The notes under the pieces were generated by a model, which saw only the letters and a program-made list of their open reading frames with translations, ran no database searches and was not told the origin of the DNA. DNA of 64,000 nt from Candidatus Zymogenaceae bacterium (GTDB lineage Bacteria; Desulfobacterota; Zymogenia; Zymogenales; Zymogenaceae): assembly GCA_016931225.1 (NCBI GenBank), contig JAFGFE010000031.1, forward strand, positions 72,746 to 136,745, in the 5' to 3' direction. The position numbers and the translations under genes are program-made. Shown in pieces: positions 36,938-46,195 of this stretch. Numbering within the stretch: position 1 is the first letter of the stretch; the number at the start of each line of letters is the position of its first letter.

Positions 36938-37786
36938 TCATGCGAGCAACATCGGCTCGAGCCAGGTCTCCATTTCCTGAAAGACCCGGATTCTGTCGAC
37001 CTCGTTCACCAGATCGTGATAGAATCCCTCGAACACGGCAAGTTTTTTATCTTCAGATCCCAACTCCTGGAAAAATCGACGGCTTCCATTCAGAGAGATC
37101 AGGTGATCATCACCGGCGTGCATCACCAGCACAGGGATGCGTACTTCCGACGCCTTCTCGAACACCGTCTTCATGTCATGCGCCATTTCCGTTAAAAGCC
37201 GGGCCGAGATTTTGTTATGGACCAGCCTGTCCTCCGTGTAGCGCTTTATCACCGTCTTGTCGTGGCTCAGGAAGACCGGGTCGATCTCGTTTGTCATGGT
37301 AAATTTCGGGATATGCTTCGATAGAAACGCACCCATACGTGCGGTCATCGGGGGCGGCTCACGATTAGGCTCCAGGGCCGCCGATGACAGTATCAGCCCC
37401 CGGACCATTTGGGGATATTCCTCGACGAAGCGCGCGGCGATTAATCCGCCCATGCTGTGTCCAAAGAGGAATAACGCCTTGCCTGTTCCCTCCCTCTTCC
37501 TGACGATGCTCACAAACGTCCTCAGATCGTCAATATATTGGGAAAACCTGTCCACATGACCCCGCTTACCGTCAGATTTCCCATGCCCCCGATGATCCAA
37601 TCCATAAAAGGCGATGCCGTGATCTATGAGGTACTCGATCGGATAGACGTATCTTCCGCTGTGATCACCCAGACCGTGAACATATATAATAACATTCTTA
37701 TATTCCTTCGGCTTGTAAAACCGGTAAAACAGATGCACGCCGCCGGCACCTTCAAAACCGGCCTCATCGTGTACATATGTCGACAT
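36938..37786 (-). CDS. Alpha/beta hydrolase, lysophospholipase-like (tandem paralog)
   Basis: HGLGDHSGRY, DHRGHGKSDG and GHSMGG. Confidence 0.75.
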   Translation of the reverse strand: MSTYVHDEAGFEGAGGVHLFYRFYKPKEYKNVIIYVHGLGDHSGRYVYPIEYLIDHGIAFYGLDHRGHGKSDGKRGHVDRFSQYIDDLRTFVSIVRKREGTGKALFLFGHSMGGLIAARFVEEYPQMVRGLILSSAALEPNREPPPMTARMGAFLSKHIPKFTMTNEIDPVFLSHDKTVIKRYTEDRLVHNKISARLLTEMAHDMKTVFEKASEVRIPVLVMHAGDDHLISLNGSRRFFQELGSEDKKLAVFEGFYHDLVNEVDRIRVFQEMETWLEPMLLA

Positions 37787-37883
37787 AACACCTCCTGTTG
37801 TAGAAAATCATGCGATGCATGATGCGCGGCATTATAGCACACATAGCCGATTCATTTCCATATGAATACCTCCCCAACCGTCA

Positions 37884-38822
37884 TTAAAATTCGATAATGA
37901 CCGGACGAGGTATAAACGTCAGGATGAACAGGACCAGCGACGCATATCCGACAATCCGATGAAACGTCCCCAGCGGTATCACATCATCGGCCACCGGTGG
38001 GTGGTCCAGCCCGATAATGAGTACCAGAAGCGCCCACAAAAGCCACCCCGGATACGCGATCGCTCCGAGCAGGACAAGAAAAACGACAAACAGACGGGAG
38101 ACGATCCGATGTCTCCTCCCGAAAAGCGCGTAGGATATATGCCCGCCGTCAAGCTGGCCGATGGGCATTAGATTGAGCGACGTCACCAGAAAGCCGACCC
38201 AGCCTGCAAATCCCACCGGATGGAGCAGGATGTCGTATCCCTCGGGAACGCCGCCGACCGTCAACTTTGTCAGAATCAGAAACATGAGTGAATCGCCGAA
38301 CACGATATAGTCGGTCCCCTGTTCGGCAACAGGGATGATCTCCGAATGATTCAACCCCCACACGACCAGGGGGAGCGCTACGATTATGCCGGCGAACGGC
38401 CCCGCCGCCCCGATCTCCATGAGTATGTGTTTTTTCCCGATCCGGGATTTCATCTTGATGACCGCGCCCAGGGTGCCGATGAGCGTGGGGGCGGGGATGA
38501 AATAAGGAAGCGTGACATTCACACGATATAGGCGGGATGTCACATAATGGCCCATCTCGTGGGCCGTCAGTATGGAGAGAATCGACGCCGAAAAGGGAAG
38601 TCCGTACCTGATCAGGGAGGGATCGCTGAGAAGCTCGGTCGGCGCGACATAGAACGACACTCCCGCAATGAGCGTTGTGAGAATCGTCAGCAGAAACAGG
38701 ATAAGCTGAAGGCGCCACCCGTTTTCCCGTGGCGCCTTCTTTTTGAGCGCCCGGCCTCGAGGTTCATACTCCACGTGGGACGGCCGTACCTCGATGACCG
38801 GATATCGATTTTCTTGTGACAT
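37884..38822 (-). CDS. M50 family (site-2-protease-like) intramembrane metalloprotease
   Basis: HEMGHYV zinc motif within a multi-pass membrane protein, with a later LDGGH motif. Confidence 0.8.
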   Translation of the reverse strand: MSQENRYPVIEVRPSHVEYEPRGRALKKKAPRENGWRLQLILFLLTILTTLIAGVSFYVAPTELLSDPSLIRYGLPFSASILSILTAHEMGHYVTSRLYRVNVTLPYFIPAPTLIGTLGAVIKMKSRIGKKHILMEIGAAGPFAGIIVALPLVVWGLNHSEIIPVAEQGTDYIVFGDSLMFLILTKLTVGGVPEGYDILLHPVGFAGWVGFLVTSLNLMPIGQLDGGHISYALFGRRHRIVSRLFVVFLVLLGAIAYPGWLLWALLVLIIGLDHPPVADDVIPLGTFHRIVGYASLVLFILTFIPRPVIIEF

Positions 38823-38834
38823 GCGGTGAGTGAT

Positions 38835-39365
38835 TCAGCGATCGAAATAGATATTTTTACCGGTGGCCGACAGGGGAATGCCCATCACGTAATCCCAGTC
38901 CACCACCCCCGAACGCCGCGCCAGTACTCCGGCGCGCTGCATGATCCGGTTATCGACGTTGAGCATCGCCGCCGTCTTGACCGCCGATCCCAGGGCGATT
39001 CCCATGTCCATGAGCCTGAAGGCGCAGTGAGGTCCCGTAAACTGGGGCCCCGTCCTCTGTTTCAATTCGGCGCACGTATCGAATCCGCAGGCACCGCAAT
39101 TCAGACCCAGGGGATCTGCGTTCTTGATGCCGATGAGCAGCATGACGGGCGTATTTCGAATGTTCGCCGCATCGCGATCGTAATTCGGCCTGTTCGTCTC
39201 ACGCCCGTATTTCTCCATCTCCACCGCCAGGGGCTCCAGGTCGTCGCCCTCGAGTATCTTCGTCAGCACGAAATCCTCGCCCTTCGATTTCGGCGCGGTG
39301 CGGGCGGATACCGCCATCAGCCGTGCGGCGATGTTGAGTCCCTCTCTCTCTTCCGGACGGGTCAT
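38835..39365 (-). CDS. DUF2148-like Cys-motif protein
   Basis: About 176 aa with LNCGACGFDTC. The family assignment is from memory. The start overlaps the upstream stop (TAATG). Confidence 0.5.
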   Translation of the reverse strand: MTRPEEREGLNIAARLMAVSARTAPKSKGEDFVLTKILEGDDLEPLAVEMEKYGRETNRPNYDRDAANIRNTPVMLLIGIKNADPLGLNCGACGFDTCAELKQRTGPQFTGPHCAFRLMDMGIALGSAVKTAAMLNVDNRIMQRAGVLARRSGVVDWDYVMGIPLSATGKNIYFDR

Positions 39366-40120
39366 TATTCCTTCCGTTTCGCTTGGATGTAGGGTTCAAA
39401 GAAATCGATGGGCACCGGGAAGAGCGTCGTCGAGTTGTTCTCGGTGGCAATTTCCGCCAGTGTTTGCAGGTATCGGAGCTGGATGGTGATGGGGCTCTCT
39501 CCCATGATCTTCGCCGCCTCCACCAGCATCTTCGAGGCCTGGAGCTCGCCCTCGGCGTTGATGACCTTGGCCCGCCTGATTCGCTCGGCCTCGGCCTGCC
39601 GGGCGATGGCCCGCTGCATATCTGTGGGAATATCGATGTGTTTGACCTCCACATGGGATACCTTGACACCCCAGGGATCGGTCTGCTTGTCCAGGATGTC
39701 CTGGAGCTGGTTGTTGATGCGCTCCCGCTCGGCCAGCATTTCGTCCAGCTCCACCTCGCCCAGGACGCTCCTGAGGGTGGTCTGGGCAAGCTGTGAGGTG
39801 GCGTAGATGTAGTTTTCCACCTCGATAATGGCCCTGTTCGGGTCCATGACCCTGAAATAAATCACCGCGTTGACCTTCACCGAAACGTTGTCCCGGGTGA
39901 TGACGTCCTGGGGCGGAACGTCCATGGTGACGGTCCTGAGGGAGACCTTCATCATTTTATCGATGACCGGTATCAAGAGGATCAATCCCGGCCCCTTCGT
40001 GTCGATGATGCGTCCCAGTCGGAAGATGACTCCCCGCTCGTATTCATTGAGAATGCGGATCGCCGACATCAAGATGCCGATAAATATGACGACCAGTATT
40101 ACTATACCGATTCCTGACAT
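39365..40120 (-). CDS. SPFH/band-7 (stomatin-like) protein
   Basis: An N-terminal TM is followed by [12 protein letters not shown] and a coiled-coil [17 protein letters not shown]. Start moved to ATG 40120, 7 nt after AAGGAG. The track start 40195 is a TTG without an SD. Confidence 0.85.
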   Translation of the reverse strand: MSGIGIVILVVIFIGILMSAIRILNEYERGVIFRLGRIIDTKGPGLILLIPVIDKMMKVSLRTVTMDVPPQDVITRDNVSVKVNAVIYFRVMDPNRAIIEVENYIYATSQLAQTTLRSVLGEVELDEMLAERERINNQLQDILDKQTDPWGVKVSHVEVKHIDIPTDMQRAIARQAEAERIRRAKVINAEGELQASKMLVEAAKIMGESPITIQLRYLQTLAEIATENNSTTLFPVPIDFFEPYIQAKRKE

Positions 40121-40305
40121 TGATATACTCCTTTTGGATAATTGTTTGCTGTCGTGCATTTCGTTCATTATAAGCGTGCCGAGAGACCGCGTCAACCGAA
40201 ATAACGAGAACGGACGTATTGCGTGAGCTTTTGAATCAGGAATGCAGCAATCGTCGTCGTTGCCGGGCGGTTTTCACCTCTCACGTATTCGTTCTCCTGC
40301 TGCAC

Positions 40306-40338
40306 AAAAAAAGCCGCGGATTGTATTATCCGCGGCTT
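40306..40338 (-). terminator. Intrinsic terminator after kce
   Basis: Perfect 10-bp stem AAGCCGCGGA/TCCGCGGCTT (40311-40320 with 40329-40338). An A-run on plus gives the U-run on the minus transcript. Confidence 0.8.
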
Positions 40339-40368
40339 GTTCTCTCGATGTGCTATATAGATACGATT

Positions 40369-41229
40369 TTAGTTTTTCAACTTGAGCATCTTTCGCGCTT
40401 CGTCCGGTGTTGCAATCTCCCGTCCCGCCAGCTTCGCAACCTCAACACACCACTCCACCTGCTCCCAGCTTCCCTTGGCGAGTTCACCGTTGGGCATACG
40501 GGTGTTGTCTTCAAGGCCGACCCGCATGTGTCCGCCGTTCACCACGGAGGTCATATTGGCGGGGAACTGGTTCGGTCCCACACCGCAGACGCTGAAGGTG
40601 GCGTTTTCAGGCAGGCGGTCCTTCATGGCGGCGAATATGCCCGGCTCGTAGGGAACACCGCCGGCGACTCCGAAGACCATCTGGAAATGCATCGGCTCTT
40701 CAAAGATGCCCTGCTTTCTGACAAGGAGCACATTGTAGAGACCGCCCATGTCGTACACTTCCAATTCCGGCTTAACGCCGTTCGCCTTCATCTGAGCATT
40801 GAAGTCGATCAGCATGGCGAATGTGTTTTCAAACACGATCTCCATCGGCACTTCGCCGGTCTTCCAGTTGGCGATACCGAAATTCATGGAGTTCGTATTG
40901 AGGCTCGCCATGGGCGGCTTGATGGCGACGATTGGTGCGATGCGCTGCTCCTGGGTGACCCAGGGGCCGATGGCCGAACTCATGTTGATGATGATCTCGG
41001 GACACTTCGCCTTGATGGCGTCGATTGTCGTCTTGATCTTGTCAATCTCGTGGGTCGGCGCGCCATGCTCCGGATCCCGGACATGGACGTGCACAATGGA
41101 CCCCCCGGAATTGTACACCCTGTAAGCATCCTCGGCGAACTCCTCTGGGGTATAGGGAACCGCCGGATTCTGCTCCTTCCTCGTTGCGGCTCCGGTGAGG
41201 GCCGCAGTTATGATAACCTTGTCTGACAT
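40369..41229 (-). CDS. kce: Beta-keto acid cleavage enzyme (BKACE/DUF849; 3-keto-5-aminohexanoate cleavage enzyme family)
   Basis: VIITAALTGA...PYTPEE...GGSIVHVHVRDP..G.PT, typical of BKACE TIM-barrel Zn enzymes. Confidence 0.8.
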   Translation of the reverse strand: MSDKVIITAALTGAATRKEQNPAVPYTPEEFAEDAYRVYNSGGSIVHVHVRDPEHGAPTHEIDKIKTTIDAIKAKCPEIIINMSSAIGPWVTQEQRIAPIVAIKPPMASLNTNSMNFGIANWKTGEVPMEIVFENTFAMLIDFNAQMKANGVKPELEVYDMGGLYNVLLVRKQGIFEEPMHFQMVFGVAGGVPYEPGIFAAMKDRLPENATFSVCGVGPNQFPANMTSVVNGGHMRVGLEDNTRMPNGELAKGSWEQVEWCVEVAKLAGREIATPDEARKMLKLKN

Positions 41230-41290
41230 GCTTCCTCCTGTACGCAGTCGTGTTGCTATAAATACCCGCCGTACGGCGGTTATGTGGCGG

Positions 41291-42061
41291 CTATCGTCCG
41301 ATGATCAATTTGTTTGGATCAACCTCATCCCTGAGAATATGCAGTTCCTCATCGGTGGGCGGTTTCGTATCGGCCACCTTGGGCGCAGTAAGAAGCTCGA
41401 AACCGCAGTTCTCCCGAACATCCTTTTCCGAGTAACCCGGATTGATCGATGCAATGCGCATTCTTTTCGATTCAGGTTCGAAATCGAGAATCGACATGTT
41501 CGTGATGATCTTGTACGGTCCCGATCCCTTGGGCAAACCCGCCTTGTCTCGGGAGTCTCCTCCCTCGAGGTATCCGGGTGTGGTGACAAAGTCCAGCTTC
41601 TCCGAAAATCTTCGGGCGTCCTGTGGGGTGATGACCATCATCTTCCAGCAGAACGAGGCGAAGTCGTTGGCTCCACCGCTGCCCGGGAAACGCACCTTCG
41701 GGCTTTTATAATCCCCACCGATCATGGTGGAATTGAGGTTTCCGTACATATCTATCTGGGCGCCGCCCAGGAAGGTATAATCGACCATTCCCCGGCAGCA
41801 GGTTTCCATGACGTCGGCCATACCGCTGGCCATGTTCGCCTTCCAGGTGGTGCGGGTGTCGCCCACGGAGATGGGCATGGTCGGAATCAGCGGCGCCACG
41901 CCCCCGGCCTCGAAGAAGATGACCAGGTTCGGGGAGCTGGTCTTTTGGGCGAGCATGGCGGCGGCGCACGGTGCGCCCGTCCCAACACCCACCGTTGCGC
42001 CGTCTTCCAGTTCCCTGGCGGCGCAGCATATCATCAGTTCCATGGTGTTGTAATCAGACAT
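41291..42061 (-). CDS. CoA-transferase family I, subunit B
   Basis: GVGTGAP...FFEAGGV...PGSGGANDFA, as in glutaconate/3-oxoacid CoA-transferase beta subunits. Confidence 0.75.
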   Translation of the reverse strand: MSDYNTMELMICCAARELEDGATVGVGTGAPCAAAMLAQKTSSPNLVIFFEAGGVAPLIPTMPISVGDTRTTWKANMASGMADVMETCCRGMVDYTFLGGAQIDMYGNLNSTMIGGDYKSPKVRFPGSGGANDFASFCWKMMVITPQDARRFSEKLDFVTTPGYLEGGDSRDKAGLPKGSGPYKIITNMSILDFEPESKRMRIASINPGYSEKDVRENCGFELLTAPKVADTKPPTDEELHILRDEVDPNKLIIGR

Positions 42062-42071
42062 GATCGCCCTC

Positions 42072-43067
42072 CTATTTGCTACTATTCGCTGTAACGAGAA
42101 ATTCCTGATCCCTCAGCTCCTGCATCTTCTTGATCCCGCCGTTTAACTCGACATACTCGGTGAAATCCGACACGTTGTAGATGTTTTTGTCCAGGAACTT
42201 CTTGAACTCGTCCGGGTCCTTCTCCACCGTCAGCCACTCCCTCAGATGCCCCTCATCGGAGAAATACTCATAGGGCATGTTGCCCGGGTAGCTGCCGTAG
42301 GGAACCTCGCAGACCGCGTCGACCAAATAGAAGGGGATAACGGTCCGGGTCGGATCGCTCCTGATCTCGTCGTTGGAGATGATGCGCTCTGCGGTGATGA
42401 TGAGGCGTTTCGACGCCCGTGCAAGCTCGAGGTCGGCGATGGAAATGCCCCTGATCCGACAGTTGCCGTAGACGTCCGCCTCATGCACATGGATGGCCGA
42501 TACGTCCGGGTAGAGGGCTGGGGCAAGAACGTAGTTCTCCCCGGTGAACGGACACTTGGCGATCTTAGCGGCGCTTTGCTTGACGGTATCGGTTCCCATC
42601 ATGTTGCGAATCGGCACGAACGACACGCCCATCGCAGCGGCCTTAATGCGGGCCGCCATTGCGTAGTTTGTCCACTCACAGGTCTCCACTTCGCCGCTCT
42701 GCATGTATGCCCTGGCGTTGGGAGAAAGTCCCCTCGCCTCAAGGCCGATGATATAGGCGATGTCAAGCTTATTGAAAACCTTACCCGCCGACAGAATCTG
42801 GAAGTCATGGGTGGACGTATGCCCGCAAAAGATAAGGTTTTTCTTTTTCTGTCGGACGAGTTCATGGCAGACGGCCGACGGGAACCGAATGGCCCCGAAA
42901 CCGCCGATGGCAAGATAATCACCCTCGTTGATATACTTTTTTACCGCATCCTTGACGTTTGTCAGCTTGTTGGACAGGGCGCGGGATTTTTCCTTGAAAA
43001 ACGCTCGTGCCTTGTCCGGATCAGGATCCATAAAAAGCGGTCCCGTTCCCTGTGATATCACTTCCAC
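42072..43067 (-). CDS. CoA-transferase family I, subunit A
   Basis: GDYLAIGGFG and the collinear length match GctA/AtoD-like subunits. GTG 43067 lies 5 nt after GGAGGG. Confidence 0.75.
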   Translation of the reverse strand: MEVISQGTGPLFMDPDPDKARAFFKEKSRALSNKLTNVKDAVKKYINEGDYLAIGGFGAIRFPSAVCHELVRQKKKNLIFCGHTSTHDFQILSAGKVFNKLDIAYIIGLEARGLSPNARAYMQSGEVETCEWTNYAMAARIKAAAMGVSFVPIRNMMGTDTVKQSAAKIAKCPFTGENYVLAPALYPDVSAIHVHEADVYGNCRIRGISIADLELARASKRLIITAERIISNDEIRSDPTRTVIPFYLVDAVCEVPYGSYPGNMPYEYFSDEGHLREWLTVEKDPDEFKKFLDKNIYNVSDFTEYVELNGGIKKMQELRDQEFLVTANSSK

Positions 43068-43306
43068 GTATCCCTCCTCTAAGTGCTGTATCGGAAAAAC
43101 GTTATACCCTTTGTGATCAAATGGTTACCCGAGTGTGTATAACATAATCTGACTCGTTTTGCCATACTCGATTGCGCCCTCCGGCTTCCCGTATCATTCC
43201 TGTTTCCCCGCATCGTTCACGCCCCGCTTTTGGGATGATCCCCGTCACCATCGGCGCTGAATCATGCCGGCACACGCAATACCTCCCACCGTTCGCATAT
43301 ACTTAG

Positions 43307-43357
43307 ATTGACTTGTCAATCAACGCGAATTGTATCGATATGCCGATTGAATGTCAA
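43307..43357 (-). promoter_or_regulatory. Near-consensus promoter plus palindromic operator for the CoA-transferase/kce operon
   Basis: The minus strand has TTGACA (43352-43357), a 17-nt spacer and TACAAT (43329-43334). The perfect palindrome ATTGAC-TT-GTCAAT (43307-43320) sits at about +2 to +15. A related ATTGAATGTCAAG (43346-43358) overlaps -35. Confidence 0.6.
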
Positions 43358-43426
43358 GCCAATTTCCTTTCGGCTTCTAAAATTGATTCGTTTAAAATGA
43401 TCATTATCGAACCATTACACCTTCCG

Positions 43427-45205
43427 CTATTCCCTCACCATTCGTCGAATTATGTCTCCGATCACGGCGTGTGCGATCCTGATGAATCGAAATCCCGAGG
43501 TGAAAACCGGCCACTTGATCTCCTCGTTGTCGCAGATTACGCCCGCGGTGAGGGACATGTCCGTTATCATCATCTTCTTCAGTTTTTCTCCGGCCGCCGC
43601 CCCCTTTGGATTCCCATCCGTGTCCACCAAGAGATCCACCTCTTTCATCAGCAACACGTTCTCCTCGATGCGCCGGGCCACCGTCTCGTGGGTTCTCACG
43701 TCTATGTGGCCCGTCTCCCGCTTCAGGTCGTTGAGCCGTCTTCCCGCCTCGTAGGTGACCCTGACGATGTCGTCTCGGGAGAGATGCTCCGTCTCGTAAT
43801 TGAGCATGTATTTCCACGACGGCTTCTCCAACGCCTCCAGGTGTTTTTTAAACGTGCGAAAGAGTACCGTATATCCGTACCTGTCCGAGTGCTCGAAGGC
43901 GAGGCTTCCCGGATCGAGGAAAGGCGCCAGCGGCGCGATGAATGGCATCACCCGCGTGCCGAATCGTCTCATCAGCAATCCTGCATATTCCACCGTCTCC
44001 ATCACCGACGCCTCGTCCTGGCCCGGAATGCCGATCATGAAAAACACGTCGAACTTCTCTATGCCGTTTTCCAACGCCCAGGTGATGTTGTCCTCTATTT
44101 GTTGCGTGGTATACGGCTTCCCCGATCGCTTCCTGAGGGCGTCGTCGTGGGTCTCCGGCGATATCTCGAAATTCACATGCGCGAGACTCCCCAGCGCCTC
44201 GAAGTACGCCTTTGGCGCCGCGTTGAACAGCTCCAGTACCAGGTGGTTTTGTACTCTTCCCTCGACCAATCGATCAATAATGGTCCGGGCGTAGGCGTCC
44301 GACGCATGTCTGAGGTCCCCCACGATAAAGATGGGCGCCGTGGTAAATTGGGAGAGATCCTTCACATCCCGCGCCACCCGTTCCGGGTCCCGAAAAGCGA
44401 CATCCCGTCGGTCGAGGAAGCGCTTCATGGCGAAGTTCGACCCACCGCAGAACGCGCAGTTGTTTTTACACCCCCGGCAGGTCACCATCATGGTAATCGG
44501 ATAACGCCACCAGTCATGTATGGGGGTCATGGCGACGGGCGAGCAGTATTTGACCGCCTTTCGAAACATGGTGCGGTAGTCGTTGGTAAAATCGTTGAGG
44601 TGCGTCTCCACGATCATCCGATCGTTGACGATGATTCGTCCGTTCTTCTTCCAGGTGAGGTTCGACACCTGAGAGAAATCTCCACCGTTTCTGATGGCTT
44701 CGACCAGTTTGAGCGTCGCCCGCTCGGTGGAGTCGCCCCTCAGGATAAAATCGACGAATGGATATGAGATGATTTCACGGTGAAAATAGGTGGAGGAGTA
44801 GCCGCCAAAAATCACCGGGACGTCAGGCTGTACTTCCTTGAGCATGCGGGCAAGCGTCACGGCCCCGTGGGCGTGGGGGAGCCAATGAAGGGATATGCCG
44901 AAGGCCCGGGCCCTGAGCCGTCTCAGGAACCGCCGCACATCCATGTTCGGCCGCTTAAGTATCAGATAGGCCAGATTGATGATACGGACGGAGGCGCCGT
45001 TTTTGGAGAGGTGCTCCGCGATGGACGAAAATCCTATCGGATACATCTCGAAAAGCGGGGTTGACGGCACGACATCGCTGATGGGACCGAGGAACGCCTT
45101 ACGATCGGCGTAATCGAAGGTACTGGGGGGATGGATAAGGACCAGGTCCGCTTTCGGAACAAATCGTTGTATCATCTGAGTCGTGTTTCCTGGTGTCTCC
45201 TGCAC
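43427..45205 (-). CDS. Class-B (B12-binding domain) radical SAM protein, function unknown
   Basis: N-terminal Rossmann-like B12 domain (DLVLIHPP...FGISLHW...VIFGGYSST) followed by the CKNNCAFC (CX3CX2C) radical-SAM cluster. Start is GTG 45205 or ATG 45175. Confidence 0.8.
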   Translation of the reverse strand: MQETPGNTTQMIQRFVPKADLVLIHPPSTFDYADRKAFLGPISDVVPSTPLFEMYPIGFSSIAEHLSKNGASVRIINLAYLILKRPNMDVRRFLRRLRARAFGISLHWLPHAHGAVTLARMLKEVQPDVPVIFGGYSSTYFHREIISYPFVDFILRGDSTERATLKLVEAIRNGGDFSQVSNLTWKKNGRIIVNDRMIVETHLNDFTNDYRTMFRKAVKYCSPVAMTPIHDWWRYPITMMVTCRGCKNNCAFCGGSNFAMKRFLDRRDVAFRDPERVARDVKDLSQFTTAPIFIVGDLRHASDAYARTIIDRLVEGRVQNHLVLELFNAAPKAYFEALGSLAHVNFEISPETHDDALRKRSGKPYTTQQIEDNITWALENGIEKFDVFFMIGIPGQDEASVMETVEYAGLLMRRFGTRVMPFIAPLAPFLDPGSLAFEHSDRYGYTVLFRTFKKHLEALEKPSWKYMLNYETEHLSRDDIVRVTYEAGRRLNDLKRETGHIDVRTHETVARRIEENVLLMKEVDLLVDTDGNPKGAAAGEKLKKMMITDMSLTAGVICDNEEIKWPVFTSGFRFIRIAHAVIGDIIRRMVRE

Positions 45206-45368
45206 TGCTCAATCAGTCAAACCCGCCCTTTGTATCATCATTCTCCCACACCTGAATAAAAAATTCAATAAAAACCTGTCACCGAATATCCAATATTGAT
45301 ATCGGCCTCGGTGTATATACAGAGGAAATGACACATTGATCCTCCCTCGGTTTCCGACGAGAAAAGGC

Positions 45369-45398
45369 TTGCCAGCATCACCGGCTATTCTGTATACT
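45369..45398 (+). promoter_or_regulatory. Candidate promoter for cbiQ-cbiO
   Basis: TTGCCA-N18-TATACT. This leaves only about a 13-nt leader before ATG 45419. Confidence 0.35.
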
Positions 45399-45418
45399 AT
45401 TCTTTCTCGGATTTTATC

Positions 45419-46195
45419 ATGAAACACCATTTTCTCGACCACGAAAGCGAGATTCCAAGCCCCATTCGGGGATTGAATCCGAAGACGAAGTTCATCGCTC
45501 TCGTCGGTATCGTCTTTTTGATCGTCAGCACCTCGCCGGAGGATATGGTGAAGTTCGCCCTCTACTCTCTTTTGGTCCTGGTGCTGCTTTTCATGTCGAA
45601 CATCGGCCCGAGGCTTTATATCAAGCGTCTTTTGGTCATCACCCCCTTTGTGCTGGTTGCCCTTATCGCCGTTCCCTTCGTCACTCCGGACCCGAACGTA
45701 CCGCCGGTCCCCCTCGGCATATGGGGCCTCTCGGTATCCCGTGCGGGGCTTTTCGTGCTCTTCGGCGTGACCGCCAAGGCGACGCTCGCCATCCTGCTGA
45801 TGACGCTTCTTCTTTCCTCCACCCCCTTCACCGACCTTTTGACGGGGCTCAGGGAGATGAAAATCCCCTCCGTAATGACCGACACCCTCTCGTTCATGTA
45901 CCACTACCAATTTCTCCTTATCGACGAGATGGAACGCATTTCCCGGGCGAGGGACGCCCGGATGTACGGCGGGAGGTGGATATGGCACGCGCCGATTATC
46001 GGCTATGTGATCGGGGCGCTGTTTTTGAGAAGCCTTGAGCGGGGCGAGCGGACCTATCTCGCCATGAAGGCTCGGGGGTATGACAGCAGCTATATCATGA
46101 CCGGCACCGAGCGCCTCACGGTATTCGACTATCTTTTTCTATTGCTGACACTGCCGGCGGCCGCCGCCATCCGTCTGTGGGGGAATATCCTGTAA
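45419..46195 (+). CDS. cbiQ: ECF transporter transmembrane (T) component, CbiQ/NikQ family
   Basis: Multi-pass protein with LNPKTKF at the N-terminus and the conserved ARDARMYGG / ERTYLAMKARGY C-terminal region. Confidence 0.8.
   Translation: MKHHFLDHESEIPSPIRGLNPKTKFIALVGIVFLIVSTSPEDMVKFALYSLLVLVLLFMSNIGPRLYIKRLLVITPFVLVALIAVPFVTPDPNVPPVPLGIWGLSVSRAGLFVLFGVTAKATLAILLMTLLLSSTPFTDLLTGLREMKIPSVMTDTLSFMYHYQFLLIDEMERISRARDARMYGGRWIWHAPIIGYVIGALFLRSLERGERTYLAMKARGYDSSYIMTGTERLTVFDYLFLLLTLPAAAAIRLWGNIL

Noticed and set aside
43068-43322. Leader of the CoA-transferase operon considered as a cobalamin or lysine riboswitch
   Set aside because: It contains GGGAAGCCGG-like and GGUGGGAGG strings. I could find no B12 box (GCCACUG-type) and no L-box core (AGAGGNGC ... 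GGGG..CCGAAG) arrangement. It is left as an unclassified leader. Small ORFs within it (17 and 43 codons) lack SDs.
43313-44767. 484-aa plus-strand ORF
   Set aside because: It is entirely antisense to the B12-radical-SAM gene and Arg/His/Pro-rich with no motifs. This is the typical shadow ORF of GC-rich DNA. The same reasoning applies to 45209-45988 (antisense to cbiQ).
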